Program-made: the position numbers and the translations under genes
In this document: positions 1 to 9,907 of the stretch, in pieces
How positions within the stretch are numbered: position 1 is the stretch's first letter
Layout: every line of letters starts with the position of its first letter
The notes under the pieces: model-generated
Told to the model about the DNA's origin: nothing
The model's database searches: none
The model's input: only the letters and a program-made list of their open reading frames with translations
Source: Deltaproteobacteria bacterium
GTDB lineage: Bacteria > Myxococcota > JACRCW01
Assembly: GCA_016218805.1 (NCBI GenBank)
Contig: JACRCW010000071.1
Coordinates: forward strand, 1-64,000
Reading direction: 5' to 3'
Length of the DNA: 64,000 nucleotides

Positions 1-51
1 AGCGCGCTCCGCCGGCAGGGCATCATCTTTGCCGGCGGGGTGGAGCAGTGA
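1..51 (+). CDS. 3' end of a gene truncated by the window edge (...SALRRQGIIFAGGVEQ*)
   Basis: Open frame 1 ends at TGA 49-51, overlapping the GTG start of the next gene (GTGA coupling). Confidence 0.6.
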   Translation, partial: SALRRQGIIFAGGVEQ

Positions 52-794
52 GCGGCGGGCACGCGGCCCACGCCGCGGCGCTGGAGACGCTGCAGTCAGG
101 GCTGGCGGGGCTGTACCGCGTGGAGCAGGAGGCGCCCGTGGGGCCGTTCCTGCTGGATGCGGACACGCTGCAGGGGCTGGCCCTGCACGGCGCCATCAGG
201 CCGCGGCCAGGCGCGCGCGAGGAGGTGTTTGTCCTGGATGATGGGCATGAGGTCAACGTGGCGCTGTGGCTGGACGAGCGCGCCCTGGAGGCCGCCAGCG
301 ACGCCATCCACGCGGGGGGCGTGGTGCTGAACGCGGAGCAGTTCACGGACTTCTGCGTGGCGCTGGAGGGCGTGAGCCACTTTGTCCTGGTGCACCACCG
401 CGCCATCACGGGGCAGCCGGTGACCCAGCTGGAACTGGAACTGCAGGCGGAAGTGGACAAGTACGTCATTGCCCGCCTCAGCCCGTGGATGCACGCCCGG
501 CAACTCACCGACGACGGCGTGGACCCGCGGGTCACCGCGCGCGTGGACACACCGGTCACGCCCCCGGCCGCGGAGAACCTGCACGCGGCGCTGTTTGACC
601 ATTTCCTGCTGGCGCCGCACCTGCAGGATGAACAGGCGCAGCGTTACGCCATGGCCAACCGGCTGGCCCGCCGCTACTGCGCGCGCCTGGAGCGGCGCTA
701 CCTGGCCGAGCGCCGCCCCGACGACATGCTGCGCGAGCTGTGCGCGTTCTACCGGAAGTCCCAGGCGGACCGGCTGTGCCACATCGGCCCGTGA
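48..794 (+). CDS. conserved hypothetical protein (EGVSHF / ELELQAEVDKY motifs, possibly metal-binding)
   Basis: 248-aa ORF with high-GC3 codon pattern and protein-like composition; GTGA overlap with the upstream stop. Confidence 0.8.
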   Translation: MSGGHAAHAAALETLQSGLAGLYRVEQEAPVGPFLLDADTLQGLALHGAIRPRPGAREEVFVLDDGHEVNVALWLDERALEAASDAIHAGGVVLNAEQFTDFCVALEGVSHFVLVHHRAITGQPVTQLELELQAEVDKYVIARLSPWMHARQLTDDGVDPRVTARVDTPVTPPAAENLHAALFDHFLLAPHLQDEQAQRYAMANRLARRYCARLERRYLAERRPDDMLRELCAFYRKSQADRLCHIGP

Positions 795-826
795 CGACGC
801 CGGGGGCCTGTGGGAGATTCCCTGCC

Positions 827-1954
827 ATGCGCGCCGGAGCTTTCCTCAGCCGCCACCTCGACGGGGAACGGGCCTGCCTGGACGCGACGTCCTCCGCGAT
901 GCGGCAGGCGGGCAAGGAGGGTCCCCCGGACCTGCTGTGGCTGGTGAGCGTGGCCCATGACGCGGACACCACCGCCCGCGGGCTGGCGGCGGCGGCGCGG
1001 CTCAGCGGGGCGCGCGAGGCGGTGGCGGTCACGGCGGCGGGCGTGCACGCATCGCAGGGCGGGGAGGTGGAGCGCGAGCCCGCCGTGGGCGCGCTGGTGC
1101 TGTACGGGGCCCCGGAGCTGACGGCGTGGAACGGCCGGGAACGCCGGCCGGCCTGGGACGGCGTGCCGCTGGCGGTGCTGATGGACCCGGACGGGAGCCC
1201 GCTGCAGCGGCTGCGGCTGCTCCACGGCGTGTGGGACGCCGCCCGCGTGGCCGGCGGCGCGGCCACGGGCGTGGGGGTGGAAGCCGCGGTGCTCCACCAC
1301 GGGACGGGGCCGGTGGACCTGCTGGCGCTGCAGCCGGGCGCGCCGGTGTGTGAGGTGGGCGTGGCGCAGGGGTGCACCGCGGTGGGGGACACCATGGTGG
1401 TGACGCGCGCCGAGGGAAACCTGGTGATGGAACTGGACGGGCGCCCGGCGCTCGCCCGCGTGCTGGACCAGCTGCAGCCGGACGAGCGGCGGGACGTGGC
1501 CAGGAGCCTGGGGCGGTGCATGGTGGCGCTGCATGCGGACGGGGAGGACGCCGAAGCGTTCCGCAACAGCGCGTTCACCGTGCGCCGGCTGGTGGGCGTG
1601 GCGCCGGACGTGGGCGCGGTGGCCGTGGGGGAGAGCCCGCGCGCCGGCGAGGGTTTCACGCTGGTCCGCCGCGACGCGGGTCAGGCCGACCGGTTCCTCT
1701 CCCAGGCCGTGCGCGGGCTCAAGCAGCGCCTGGAGGGGAGTTCGCCGGTGGCGGCGCTGTACTTCACGTGCGCGGGGCGCGGCACGGCCATGTTCGGGCG
1801 CGAAGGGGCGGAGCTGGCGACGATCCAGCGCGTGTTTCCCGGCGTGCCGCTGCTGGGGATGGCCAGCGCGTTTGAACTGGGGCCGGTGGGACCGGGCGCG
1901 CCCGCGGTGCACCTGTTCACCGGCGTGCTCATGGTGCTGGCACAGGGAAACTGA
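827..1954 (+). CDS. FIST N/C domain sensory protein
   Basis: VAQGC...MVVTRAEGNLVMELDGRPAL and LYFTCAGRG..MFG motifs typical of FIST; start set at ATG 827. Confidence 0.85.
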   Translation: MRAGAFLSRHLDGERACLDATSSAMRQAGKEGPPDLLWLVSVAHDADTTARGLAAAARLSGAREAVAVTAAGVHASQGGEVEREPAVGALVLYGAPELTAWNGRERRPAWDGVPLAVLMDPDGSPLQRLRLLHGVWDAARVAGGAATGVGVEAAVLHHGTGPVDLLALQPGAPVCEVGVAQGCTAVGDTMVVTRAEGNLVMELDGRPALARVLDQLQPDERRDVARSLGRCMVALHADGEDAEAFRNSAFTVRRLVGVAPDVGAVAVGESPRAGEGFTLVRRDAGQADRFLSQAVRGLKQRLEGSSPVAALYFTCAGRGTAMFGREGAELATIQRVFPGVPLLGMASAFELGPVGPGAPAVHLFTGVLMVLAQGN

Positions 1955-1960
1955 GGGCGG

Positions 1961-3643
1961 TCAGCCGGCCGCGTCCCGGATGGGCGCGGGCAGCTGGGCC
2001 GCATCCCCGACGAGATGCGCCGTCTTGAGCTGCGCCTCCGCGCTGCCGTCTGCCACGCGCGCCTGGCGCACTTTGTCGTAAGTACCCGCGGGCAGCAGGC
2101 GCAGCCGCACCGGGCCCAGCTGCGCGCCGCCACGCAGGCGCCCGTAGTCAAACGACACGCGCGCCAGCCCCGCGTCCACCTTCTCCGCCAGCGCCTGGAA
2201 GTCCGCGGGCGGACGGGCCGCGGAGCCGGGTGCCGGTTCAACGTAGAACGCGTAACAGGGCGTGCTGCCGGACCAATCCGGCGCCAGCGTGAAGAACGTG
2301 GCGAGGAGGCCCGCCTCCTTCAGTGCCGCGCCCACGGCGTCGTTGGCGTGCACCTCCTCCAGCTTCTCGCCCGCCACGTTGGAGGCGGCGCCGCCCTTGC
2401 GGACAAAGCGGATCCGCGGCGTGGCGTGGTGGAACCCGCACACCTCCACCAGGTCCCCCAGCATGTAGCGGTACAGCCCCGCCGACGTGGTGAACACGAT
2501 GTAGTAGCGGTGCCGGTCCTGCAGTTCCCACGCCGGGCGCGTGGCGCTGCCGCCGCGCTCAAACTCCGCCTCGTCCATGAACTCAAAGAAGTGTGACGTC
2601 ACCGCCAGCGCGCCGCCGGGCTCGGCGTCCCCCATGGGGATGGAGCACCAGCCCTCGCATGCCGAGTAGATGGCGTCCCGGATGGCCACCCCGGGCCCCA
2701 GGCGCTGGGACAACTCCGGCAGGTAGAGCGCCGCGGTGGCCGTGTTCCAGCAGTACACCAGCCGCAGCGACGGCCACGCCCGCGCCGCTTTGTCCCCCAC
2801 GGGCGCCGCGGCCGCGCGCTCCAGCCGCTCCGCCGCCCCCGGGGCGCGCCGCACGCGCGCTGCAAAGAACGCCCACTGTTCCGGCGTGAGGTCCAGGTTG
2901 CCCGGCAGCGTGCCGCGGCGCAGCGTCTCCGCCAGCGCGCCCGCGTGCTGTTCCAGGTCCCGCAGCATGTACACAATGGGCGCGGGGAAGATGCCGGCAA
3001 TGAGTGAGGGGTCCCCCAGCGTGCCCAGCAGCAGCGAGAGGAAACTGCGCGAGCGCAGGTCCTTCACGTCAAACAGTCCGTAGGGCCACGCATACACCGC
3101 GCGGATGAGCGCGGGCAGCTCCGTGAAGTTGTACCCGCTCATGGTGCCCACGTCGTTACCGTCGTCCGCGCGGGCCACCTTGCGGCTGCCCACCGCGTAC
3201 AGCGCGCGCGAGTGGAACGCCTCCGGGAAGCGCCGGTAAAGATGCCAAAGCGCCACGTGCACGGTCTTCTGGAACTCCGCGCGGTAGGACGTGGTGATGG
3301 GCACGTGCTTGGGCTCCCCCGTGGAGCCGGTGGTGCGCACGTAGTAGACCGGCGGGTCCGCGGTGAGCAGGTTGCGCTCGCCCTTCATCTGGCGCGTCAC
3401 CCAGGGCTGCAGGTCCGTGGGCGTCATCAGTGGCACCCGGCGCGCGTACTCCTCCCCCGCCAGGTCCGCGCGCAGCCCCACCTTGCGGCCGTATTCCGTC
3501 TCCGCGTTGCGGGACAGGATGGTGCGCAGCACCGCCGCCTGCGCGGCGCGCGGGTCACGCGCGGCGGATTCAAACTCCCGTGCCGCGCGCGTGCGCGAGC
3601 GCTGGCCGAGAGCATGCAGCAGGCGGACAGGGAGCGAGCCCAT
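1961..3643 (-). CDS. GH3 family acyl acid-amido synthetase-like protein
   Basis: TTGSTGEPKHVP loop, YSACEG and GLYRYMLGDLV match GH3 adenylating-enzyme motifs. Confidence 0.9.
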   Translation of the reverse strand: MGSLPVRLLHALGQRSRTRAAREFESAARDPRAAQAAVLRTILSRNAETEYGRKVGLRADLAGEEYARRVPLMTPTDLQPWVTRQMKGERNLLTADPPVYYVRTTGSTGEPKHVPITTSYRAEFQKTVHVALWHLYRRFPEAFHSRALYAVGSRKVARADDGNDVGTMSGYNFTELPALIRAVYAWPYGLFDVKDLRSRSFLSLLLGTLGDPSLIAGIFPAPIVYMLRDLEQHAGALAETLRRGTLPGNLDLTPEQWAFFAARVRRAPGAAERLERAAAAPVGDKAARAWPSLRLVYCWNTATAALYLPELSQRLGPGVAIRDAIYSACEGWCSIPMGDAEPGGALAVTSHFFEFMDEAEFERGGSATRPAWELQDRHRYYIVFTTSAGLYRYMLGDLVEVCGFHHATPRIRFVRKGGAASNVAGEKLEEVHANDAVGAALKEAGLLATFFTLAPDWSGSTPCYAFYVEPAPGSAARPPADFQALAEKVDAGLARVSFDYGRLRGGAQLGPVRLRLLPAGTYDKVRQARVADGSAEAQLKTAHLVGDAAQLPAPIRDAAG

Positions 3644-3701
3644 GCGGCCATGGTGGCGCGCGCGGGACGGGGCCCGTCAAGGGCGGCTACCCTCGTGTCC
3701 C

Positions 3702-4850
3702 ATGGTGTTCGCGGCACTCGCGCTGTTCGTCGTTTCGCTCGGGTACGGCGTCGTTGTGCCGCTGCTGCCCACGCTGGCGGGCAGCACCACCTACGCGGCG
3801 GCCACCAGCCTGTCCGTCGTCTACACGCTGTATGCGGCGGCCAAGATTGCTGCGCAGGTGCCGGGCGGCGCATGGGTGGACCGCGTGGGTCCCCGCCGGG
3901 TCATGCGCGTGGCGCTGCCGCTGTACACGGTGTCCACCTTTGGGTTCCTGGGGCCGCCGGACACCGCGTGGTTTGCGCTGTGCCGGATGGTTGAGGGCGC
4001 GGCCACCGGCCTGGTCTACCCCGCGGCGTTTGCGGCGGTGCTCTCCGGCGAGGGCGGCCCGCGCGGGACGCGCGTGGGCACCGTGGTGGCGCTTGGAACC
4101 AGCGGACTGCTGCTGGGGCCCGCGTTGGGCGGTGCGCTGGGCGCGGAGAACCCGCGGATTCCAGTGGCCGTCGCCGCCAGCGTGGCCGCGCTGGTCACCG
4201 CGGCCGCCTGGTTTGTCCCGCTGCCCACGACCGGCGTGGGGACGCCGCGGACCCTGCGCGGGGAACTGGACCTGCTGCGCCGCCTCTGCGTCGACGTGGG
4301 ATTCCTTGCCGCGCTGTTGCCCATTGCGTTCAACAAGCTCTCCTACACGGCGCTGCAGGGCCTGTTGCCGCTGTACGGCGCTGAGATGCTGGGCCTGGGA
4401 CCACGCCGCATCACGGCGATCTTTGCTCTCACGGGCATCGGCTTCGGCGTGGCCCAGGTGGCGGGCGGTTGGCTGGCGGACCGGTTGCGCGCGCGCGCCG
4501 TGGTGCTCGTGTGCCTTGTCCCGCTGCTGGGCGGACTGGCGCTGATGGGACGCCCCGGCGACGTCGTCGCGTTTGCCGCGGGCTACGGCGTGTACGTGCT
4601 GGCGTCATCCGTTGTCTTCACCGCAACGCTGAAACACGCGGCGGAGACCCATGGGTCCGCGGATACCTACGGGGGCATGTACGGGCTGCTGGGAACCGCC
4701 ACGGACCTCATGACCGTCGTGGGACCGGCCGTGTTTCTCAATGCCTACCGCGCGCGGGCCTCGTCCGCCGTGTTCACGGACATGGCGGCCACCGGCCTGG
4801 TGTTCGCGGTTGTGTTTGCGGTGGCTGCACGTCGGAGGCGCACGCCTTGA
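3702..4850 (+). CDS. MFS transporter
   Basis: About 12 hydrophobic segments; motif A-like GAWVDRVGPRR and GWLADRLRAR; start ATG 3702. Confidence 0.9.
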   Translation: MVFAALALFVVSLGYGVVVPLLPTLAGSTTYAAATSLSVVYTLYAAAKIAAQVPGGAWVDRVGPRRVMRVALPLYTVSTFGFLGPPDTAWFALCRMVEGAATGLVYPAAFAAVLSGEGGPRGTRVGTVVALGTSGLLLGPALGGALGAENPRIPVAVAASVAALVTAAAWFVPLPTTGVGTPRTLRGELDLLRRLCVDVGFLAALLPIAFNKLSYTALQGLLPLYGAEMLGLGPRRITAIFALTGIGFGVAQVAGGWLADRLRARAVVLVCLVPLLGGLALMGRPGDVVAFAAGYGVYVLASSVVFTATLKHAAETHGSADTYGGMYGLLGTATDLMTVVGPAVFLNAYRARASSAVFTDMAATGLVFAVVFAVAARRRRTP

Positions 4851-4857
4851 GGTGCCT

Positions 4858-5496
4858 TCAGCGGTGACCCTTGCGTCCCGCGCGCTTGGCTTTGCGGGGC
4901 GCGGCCTTCCTCTTGGCGGCCTTCTTCTTGGTCACCTTCTTGGCCGGGGCCTTCTTCTTGGGGGCCACCTTCTTCTTCGCGGGCGCCTTCTTCTTGGGCG
5001 CGGCTTTCTTCTTCGCGGGCGCCTTCTTGGGCGCGGCGGCCTTCTCCCTGGCAGCGACCGGCTTCTTCGCGGGGGCCTTCGCCTTCGCGGGGGCACGGCG
5101 GATCTCACCAAAGAACGCCTGGAGCGGCTCAAAGTAGTAACGCTTCCAACCGTCGCGGTAGCTGAGGCCCTGTCCCTCGGGAATCTCGGTGTGGACCAGC
5201 AGCAGCCGCGTCCCGCCGTCCACGTCCTGCAGGATCACCTCCAGCCGGGAGTCCGGATCACCCGTGCCGAAGTCCGTGGTGCGCCACGACTGCACGATGC
5301 GCCGCCCGTTGTCGAGCTCGAGGTTGCGCCCGCTGATGTAGCCGTCCCACGCGGTGTACATCGTGCCCACGTCGGGGGAGCCCGTGGCGGCCGCGCCGGT
5401 GAACTGGGAATGAAGCTCCCCGTCGAGCCACGCCTTGTAGAGGTCCTCCGCCGTCGCCGCGACCAACACGTCCATCTCGAGAGCTTCCGTTGCCAT
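4858..5496 (-). CDS. SRPBCC/AHSA1 domain protein with Lys/Ala/Pro-rich histone H1-like tail
   Basis: LYKAWLD..HSQFTG...RIVQSWRT...GWKRYYFEPL, then repeated APAKKKAAPKKK; GGAGGG RBS before ATG 5496. Confidence 0.9.
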   Translation of the reverse strand: MATEALEMDVLVAATAEDLYKAWLDGELHSQFTGAAATGSPDVGTMYTAWDGYISGRNLELDNGRRIVQSWRTTDFGTGDPDSRLEVILQDVDGGTRLLLVHTEIPEGQGLSYRDGWKRYYFEPLQAFFGEIRRAPAKAKAPAKKPVAAREKAAAPKKAPAKKKAAPKKKAPAKKKVAPKKKAPAKKVTKKKAAKRKAAPRKAKRAGRKGHR

Positions 5497-5676
5497 CTGG
5501 CCACCCTCCGAATGCGTCCCTGCGTTGTGGCCGCAGGTTTCCCACGCCCAGGCAGCGCGCGGCAACCGCGGTGTCGACGGCCCGTTGCGGCGCCATGGAC
5601 GTGCGCCGCGGCGACGGTTACCTACCCCGCGTGGCCTGCGAGGGTGTGCCTCCATCCCACACCGGGGAAGTCGGTC

Positions 5677-6531
5677 GTGATTGTCGAGTTCACACGCCGT
5701 GAGTTGATACGCGCCATGTTTGCCAGCGCGCCCATGGCAAAGCTGCGCGAGGTGGTGCAGTCCACCGCCGACACCACCGCCCCCGAGCTCCGCCGCGTTG
5801 CGCTGCCGGTGCCGGGCCTGGACCGCCGGTTGGATGGCCTGCGCATTGGGCAGGTGTCAGACGTGCACGTGGGCGCGTTGCTGGGGCCGGACCACCTGCA
5901 GCGCGCGCTGGCGCTGTTTGGCCGCGCACCCCCGGAGGTCATGACCGCCACGGGTGACCTGCTGGATGACCCGCGCAAGGCGCGGGCGTGCTTTGACCTG
6001 CTGGCCGCGCAGCGTGCGCCGTACGGAGTGTTCTACAGCCTGGGCAATCACGAGAACTTCCAGGACCGCGACCACATCATTGCCACCGCGCGCGCCCATG
6101 ACACCGTGCGCATCCTGGTGAACGAGGAGACGACGGTGACGGTGCAGGGGGCCACGGTCCACGTGGGCGGCGTGGACTTCCCGGTGGGGCAGGGCGCCAC
6201 CGCCCCACGTGACGACGTCAACCGCGCCGGCGTGGCCGCGGCCACGCAACGCAGCGTGGATGCGGACCTGCGCATTGCGCTGGCGCACCACCCGGATGAC
6301 TTTGATGAACTGGCCAGCCGCGGCGTGGAGTTGACGCTGTCCGGGCACACGCACGGCGGGCAGATAGCCGCGTTTGGACAGGGGCTGACGTCAAGGTGGT
6401 TCAAGTACTTCTACGGCCACTACCAGCAGGGGCGGTCCCACCTGTGGGTGAGCGGCGGGACGGGCCACTCCTTCCCGCTGCGCGTGGGCGTGCCCATGGA
6501 GGTCACGGAGATCACGCTGCGCCGCGTGTGA
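5677..6531 (+). CDS. calcineurin-like metallophosphoesterase (YkuE/YaeI-like)
   Basis: SDVH, TGDLLD, LGNHE, HHPD and SGHTHGGQ motifs; N-terminal TRREL may be Tat-like; start uncertain (GTG 5677). Confidence 0.9.
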   Translation: MIVEFTRRELIRAMFASAPMAKLREVVQSTADTTAPELRRVALPVPGLDRRLDGLRIGQVSDVHVGALLGPDHLQRALALFGRAPPEVMTATGDLLDDPRKARACFDLLAAQRAPYGVFYSLGNHENFQDRDHIIATARAHDTVRILVNEETTVTVQGATVHVGGVDFPVGQGATAPRDDVNRAGVAAATQRSVDADLRIALAHHPDDFDELASRGVELTLSGHTHGGQIAAFGQGLTSRWFKYFYGHYQQGRSHLWVSGGTGHSFPLRVGVPMEVTEITLRRV

Positions 6532-6577
6532 ACCACCGCGTTGACTCGGGACCACCGCGCGCCTACCCACGGGCGCC

Positions 6578-7642
6578 ATGCCCGCCGCGGTGCTTGGCCC
6601 CGTCGAGAATGTGGGTGTCCTGGGAACGGGCACGGCGTTTCCCTCGCGGCAGTTGGACAACCTGGCGGTGCTGCGCGGCCTCCCGCCGGCGGCCTGGGGC
6701 CGGCGCGTACCGGACCCTGACGGCGAGGAACTGCGCTTTCTTGCCGAGGGCGTGGAGCAGCTGCAGGGCATGCGGGAGCGCGCGTGGGCGCATGTGCCCG
6801 GCACGCCACTGGACCACGCGCACGAACAGACCACCCCGGACCTGATGGCGGACGCCGCGCGCGCGGCGCTGGCGGACGCAGGCCTGGCGCCGGCGGACGT
6901 GGTCCTGCTGCTGTGCTCAACCTCCACGCCGCACCGCATGACCTCCACGGTGTCCGCCGCCGTGGGCGCGGCGCTGGGCACGGCGGCGGCGTGCATGGAC
7001 GTGCGCACCGGGTGTGCGGGCGGGTTGTTCGCGTTGGCAACGGGGGCGCTGTACGTGCGCGCCACGGGCGGCCGCGTCCTGCTGTGCGGTGGCGAGACGT
7101 TTTCCAAGATCATCCCGGCCCACAAGGTGGCCGCCACGTCACTGGGGGACGGCGCCGCCGCGCTGGTACTGGGCCCCGTGGACGGCGGAGCGCTGCTGTC
7201 CGCGTGGATGCAGACGGACGGGACGCTGGGGCGCATCATCACCACGGACGGCGCGTTGCCGCCTACGGCGCCGGAGATGGAGCGCGGTGGTTACCTGCTG
7301 GGCGGCGCTCCGGACGAGCTGGCCGCGCTGGTGCCGGGCAAGTACGTGGACGCCATCCGCGGCGCCCTGTCCCATGCGGGCCTGGAGACGGACGACGTCA
7401 CGCTGCATGTGCCGCACCAGGGCGGGCGCCCAGCGCTGCTGGAAGTGGCCCGGCGCACCGGCATCCCGCTGGAGCGCACGCACATCACCATGGAACGGCA
7501 CGCCAACATTGGCACGGCGGGCTGGATGGCGGCGCTGGCAGATGCGCGGGCCCGCAGGCGCGTGCGCCGCGGTGACCGCGTGCTGTTCTCCGCCGTGGGC
7601 GGCGGAATGTCCTGGGCGGCGGCCGTGCTGCGCTGGGGCTGA
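6578..7642 (+). CDS. 3-oxoacyl-ACP synthase III (FabH-like) family protein, copy 1
   Basis: Cys-His-Asn triad: TGCAGG, VPHQG, HANIG; C-terminal GGGMSW. Confidence 0.9.
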   Translation: MPAAVLGPVENVGVLGTGTAFPSRQLDNLAVLRGLPPAAWGRRVPDPDGEELRFLAEGVEQLQGMRERAWAHVPGTPLDHAHEQTTPDLMADAARAALADAGLAPADVVLLLCSTSTPHRMTSTVSAAVGAALGTAAACMDVRTGCAGGLFALATGALYVRATGGRVLLCGGETFSKIIPAHKVAATSLGDGAAALVLGPVDGGALLSAWMQTDGTLGRIITTDGALPPTAPEMERGGYLLGGAPDELAALVPGKYVDAIRGALSHAGLETDDVTLHVPHQGGRPALLEVARRTGIPLERTHITMERHANIGTAGWMAALADARARRRVRRGDRVLFSAVGGGMSWAAAVLRWG

Positions 7643-7649
7643 GGTGGCC

Positions 7650-8696
7650 ATGCGGGTGTTCCGGCCGGGTGACCTGGGACGGGGGGTGCGCATCCGCGCG
7701 ACGGGGCGCGCGTTGCCCGCGCGCGTGGTGACCAACGCGGACCTGGTGGCCATGGGTGCGCCGCTGTCCGACGACGAGATGGTCCGGCTCAGCGGTATCC
7801 GCACGCGCCACTGGCTGGGCGCCGGCGAATCCACCGGCGATCTTGCGCTCACCGCGGCGCGCGAGGCGCTGGCGCGCAGCGGCCTGCGCTCCGACGAAGT
7901 GGACCGGCTCATCCTGGCCACCGTTTCACCGGACCATCCCAGCCCCGCCACCGCGTGCCGGGTGCAGCACGCACTGGGGCTGTCCCCCGTGCCCGCGTAC
8001 GACGTGGCGGCCACGTGCACCGGGTTTGTGTTTGCGCTGGAGCAGGCCGCGCGCGCGGTGTGCACCGGGGACCGCGCGGTGCTGGCCGTGGCCGCGGATG
8101 CGCGCTCCCGCTGGTTGGACGTCACGGACCGGGCCACGTGCGCGCTGTTTGGTGATGGCGCGGGTGCGGCGCTGGTGACCCCCGGGCCGCCCGGGGCCGG
8201 GCTCATCGCCGTCGGCGTGGCGTCAGAAGGAAGCGGGTTCTTCTCTGTCCACGTGCCCGCCGGCGGGGCGCGGGAGCCCATCACCGCCGAAGGGCTGGCA
8301 GCACGCCGGCACACGATCCGCATGGCGGACGGACCGCAGGTGTACATGCAGGCGGTGGAGGGGCTGCTGGCCACGGCGGAGGAGTTGCTGGCCGCCACGG
8401 GATTGGCGCTCACCGACGTGGACCTGGTGGTTCCGCACCAGGCCAACCGGCGGCTGGTGGAGCGCTTCATGCGCCTGGCGCGGCTGCCGGCGGAGCGCGT
8501 GCTGCTCAACGTGGACCGCCTGGGCAACATCTCCGGCGCGTCCACCGCCGTGGCGCTGGACGAAGCGCTGACCACGGGCCGTGTGCGCGCGGGGGCGCGC
8601 GTGCTGATCCTCGCGGCGGGTGCCGGGTACACCGCGGGTGCCGCGCTCCTGGTTGTGGATGAGGCGCTGCTGCGCGCCAGCGGGGCGCCGGCGTGA
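7650..8696 (+). CDS. 3-oxoacyl-ACP synthase III (FabH-like) family protein, copy 2
   Basis: ATCTGF, DRATCALFGDGAGA, VPHQAN and GNISGAS motifs; GAGG RBS before ATG 7650. Confidence 0.92.
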   Translation: MRVFRPGDLGRGVRIRATGRALPARVVTNADLVAMGAPLSDDEMVRLSGIRTRHWLGAGESTGDLALTAAREALARSGLRSDEVDRLILATVSPDHPSPATACRVQHALGLSPVPAYDVAATCTGFVFALEQAARAVCTGDRAVLAVAADARSRWLDVTDRATCALFGDGAGAALVTPGPPGAGLIAVGVASEGSGFFSVHVPAGGAREPITAEGLAARRHTIRMADGPQVYMQAVEGLLATAEELLAATGLALTDVDLVVPHQANRRLVERFMRLARLPAERVLLNVDRLGNISGASTAVALDEALTTGRVRAGARVLILAAGAGYTAGAALLVVDEALLRASGAPA

Positions 8697-9895
8697 GTGT
8701 CCTGGACCACGTGGCCATGGCGCTGGAAGCCATCCGTGCGCACCCGCTGCGCAGCTTCCTGAACATGCTGGGTGTGATCATTGGCGTGCTGAGCGTGGTG
8801 CTGCTGGTGAGCGTGGCGGACGGGCTGCGGGGCCACCTGGCGGACACCTTCCAGATCCTGGGGAGCAACCTCATTGAGGTCCGCCCCGGCCGCAGCGAGC
8901 GCACCAACGCGCCTCCGCCGCTGAACTCCCCGCGCAAGCTCACCTACGAGGACGCGCAGGCGCTGGTGCGGCGCGCGCACCAGCTGGAGGCGCTGTCACC
9001 CATCATCTACGGCGGCGCGTCCATCCGCTTCCGTGATCGCCGGCGGGACGTGCAGGTGACGGGCGCCGGCCCGCAGCACCTGGACCTGCGGAACATCCGC
9101 CTGGGCGTGGGGCGGTTCTTCTCCCGCGAGGACATGGACGCGGCGCACAAGGTCGCCGTCATCGGCGTGCGCGTGGTGCAGGAGCTGTTTGGTGACGAAG
9201 ACCCGTTGGGTCTCACCCTGTACGTGGCGGATGTGCCATTCCGCGTCGTCGGTGTCATTGAGCCCAAGGGGCAGACCTTTGGGTTTGACTGGGACGACGT
9301 GGTGTACCTGCCCGTCACCGCGGCCCAGGAACTGTTCAACCTGGACGCCATCACACAGATCATCTGCCGCAGCCGGGACCGCACCAACCCGCAGCCCGCC
9401 ATTGACGAGATCCGGGCCATCCTCACGGAGCGCCACGCCTACCAGGAGGACTTCACCGCCCGGTCCCAGGACGACCTGCTGGCCACCTTCAACGGCATTG
9501 CCGACACCCTGACGCTGGTGCTGCTGGCCATCGCGTCCATCAGCCTCGTCGTGGGCGGGATAGGCATCATGAACATCATGCTGGTGAGTGTGAAGGAGCG
9601 CACGCGGGAGATCGGCATTCGCCGCGCCATGGGCGCCCGCCGCACAGACATCCTGCTGCAATTCCTCGTCGAGTCCGTGGTGATCAGCACGCTTGGGGGC
9701 GCGCTGGGTCTGGGCGGGGGTGCGGGCATCATCGGCGCGGTGACGCGGTGGGTCCCGGACCTGCCGCTGCACCTGTCCTGGTGGGTCGTGGCCGTTGCGC
9801 TGGGTTTCTCGGCGCTGGTGGGCATCCTCTCCGGGGTGGTGCCCGCCCGCAGCGCGGCCGCCGTGGATGTGGTGGACGCCCTCCGCTACGAGTAG
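8693..9895 (+). CDS. ABC transporter permease, MacB/FtsX family
   Basis: RSFLNMLGVIIGV; IASISLVVGGIGIMNIMLVSVKERTREIGIRRAMGA; ends ALRYE. Confidence 0.95.
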   Translation: MSVLDHVAMALEAIRAHPLRSFLNMLGVIIGVLSVVLLVSVADGLRGHLADTFQILGSNLIEVRPGRSERTNAPPPLNSPRKLTYEDAQALVRRAHQLEALSPIIYGGASIRFRDRRRDVQVTGAGPQHLDLRNIRLGVGRFFSREDMDAAHKVAVIGVRVVQELFGDEDPLGLTLYVADVPFRVVGVIEPKGQTFGFDWDDVVYLPVTAAQELFNLDAITQIICRSRDRTNPQPAIDEIRAILTERHAYQEDFTARSQDDLLATFNGIADTLTLVLLAIASISLVVGGIGIMNIMLVSVKERTREIGIRRAMGARRTDILLQFLVESVVISTLGGALGLGGGAGIIGAVTRWVPDLPLHLSWWVVAVALGFSALVGILSGVVPARSAAAVDVVDALRYE

Positions 9896-9907
9896 CCGCG
9901 CCCGCGG

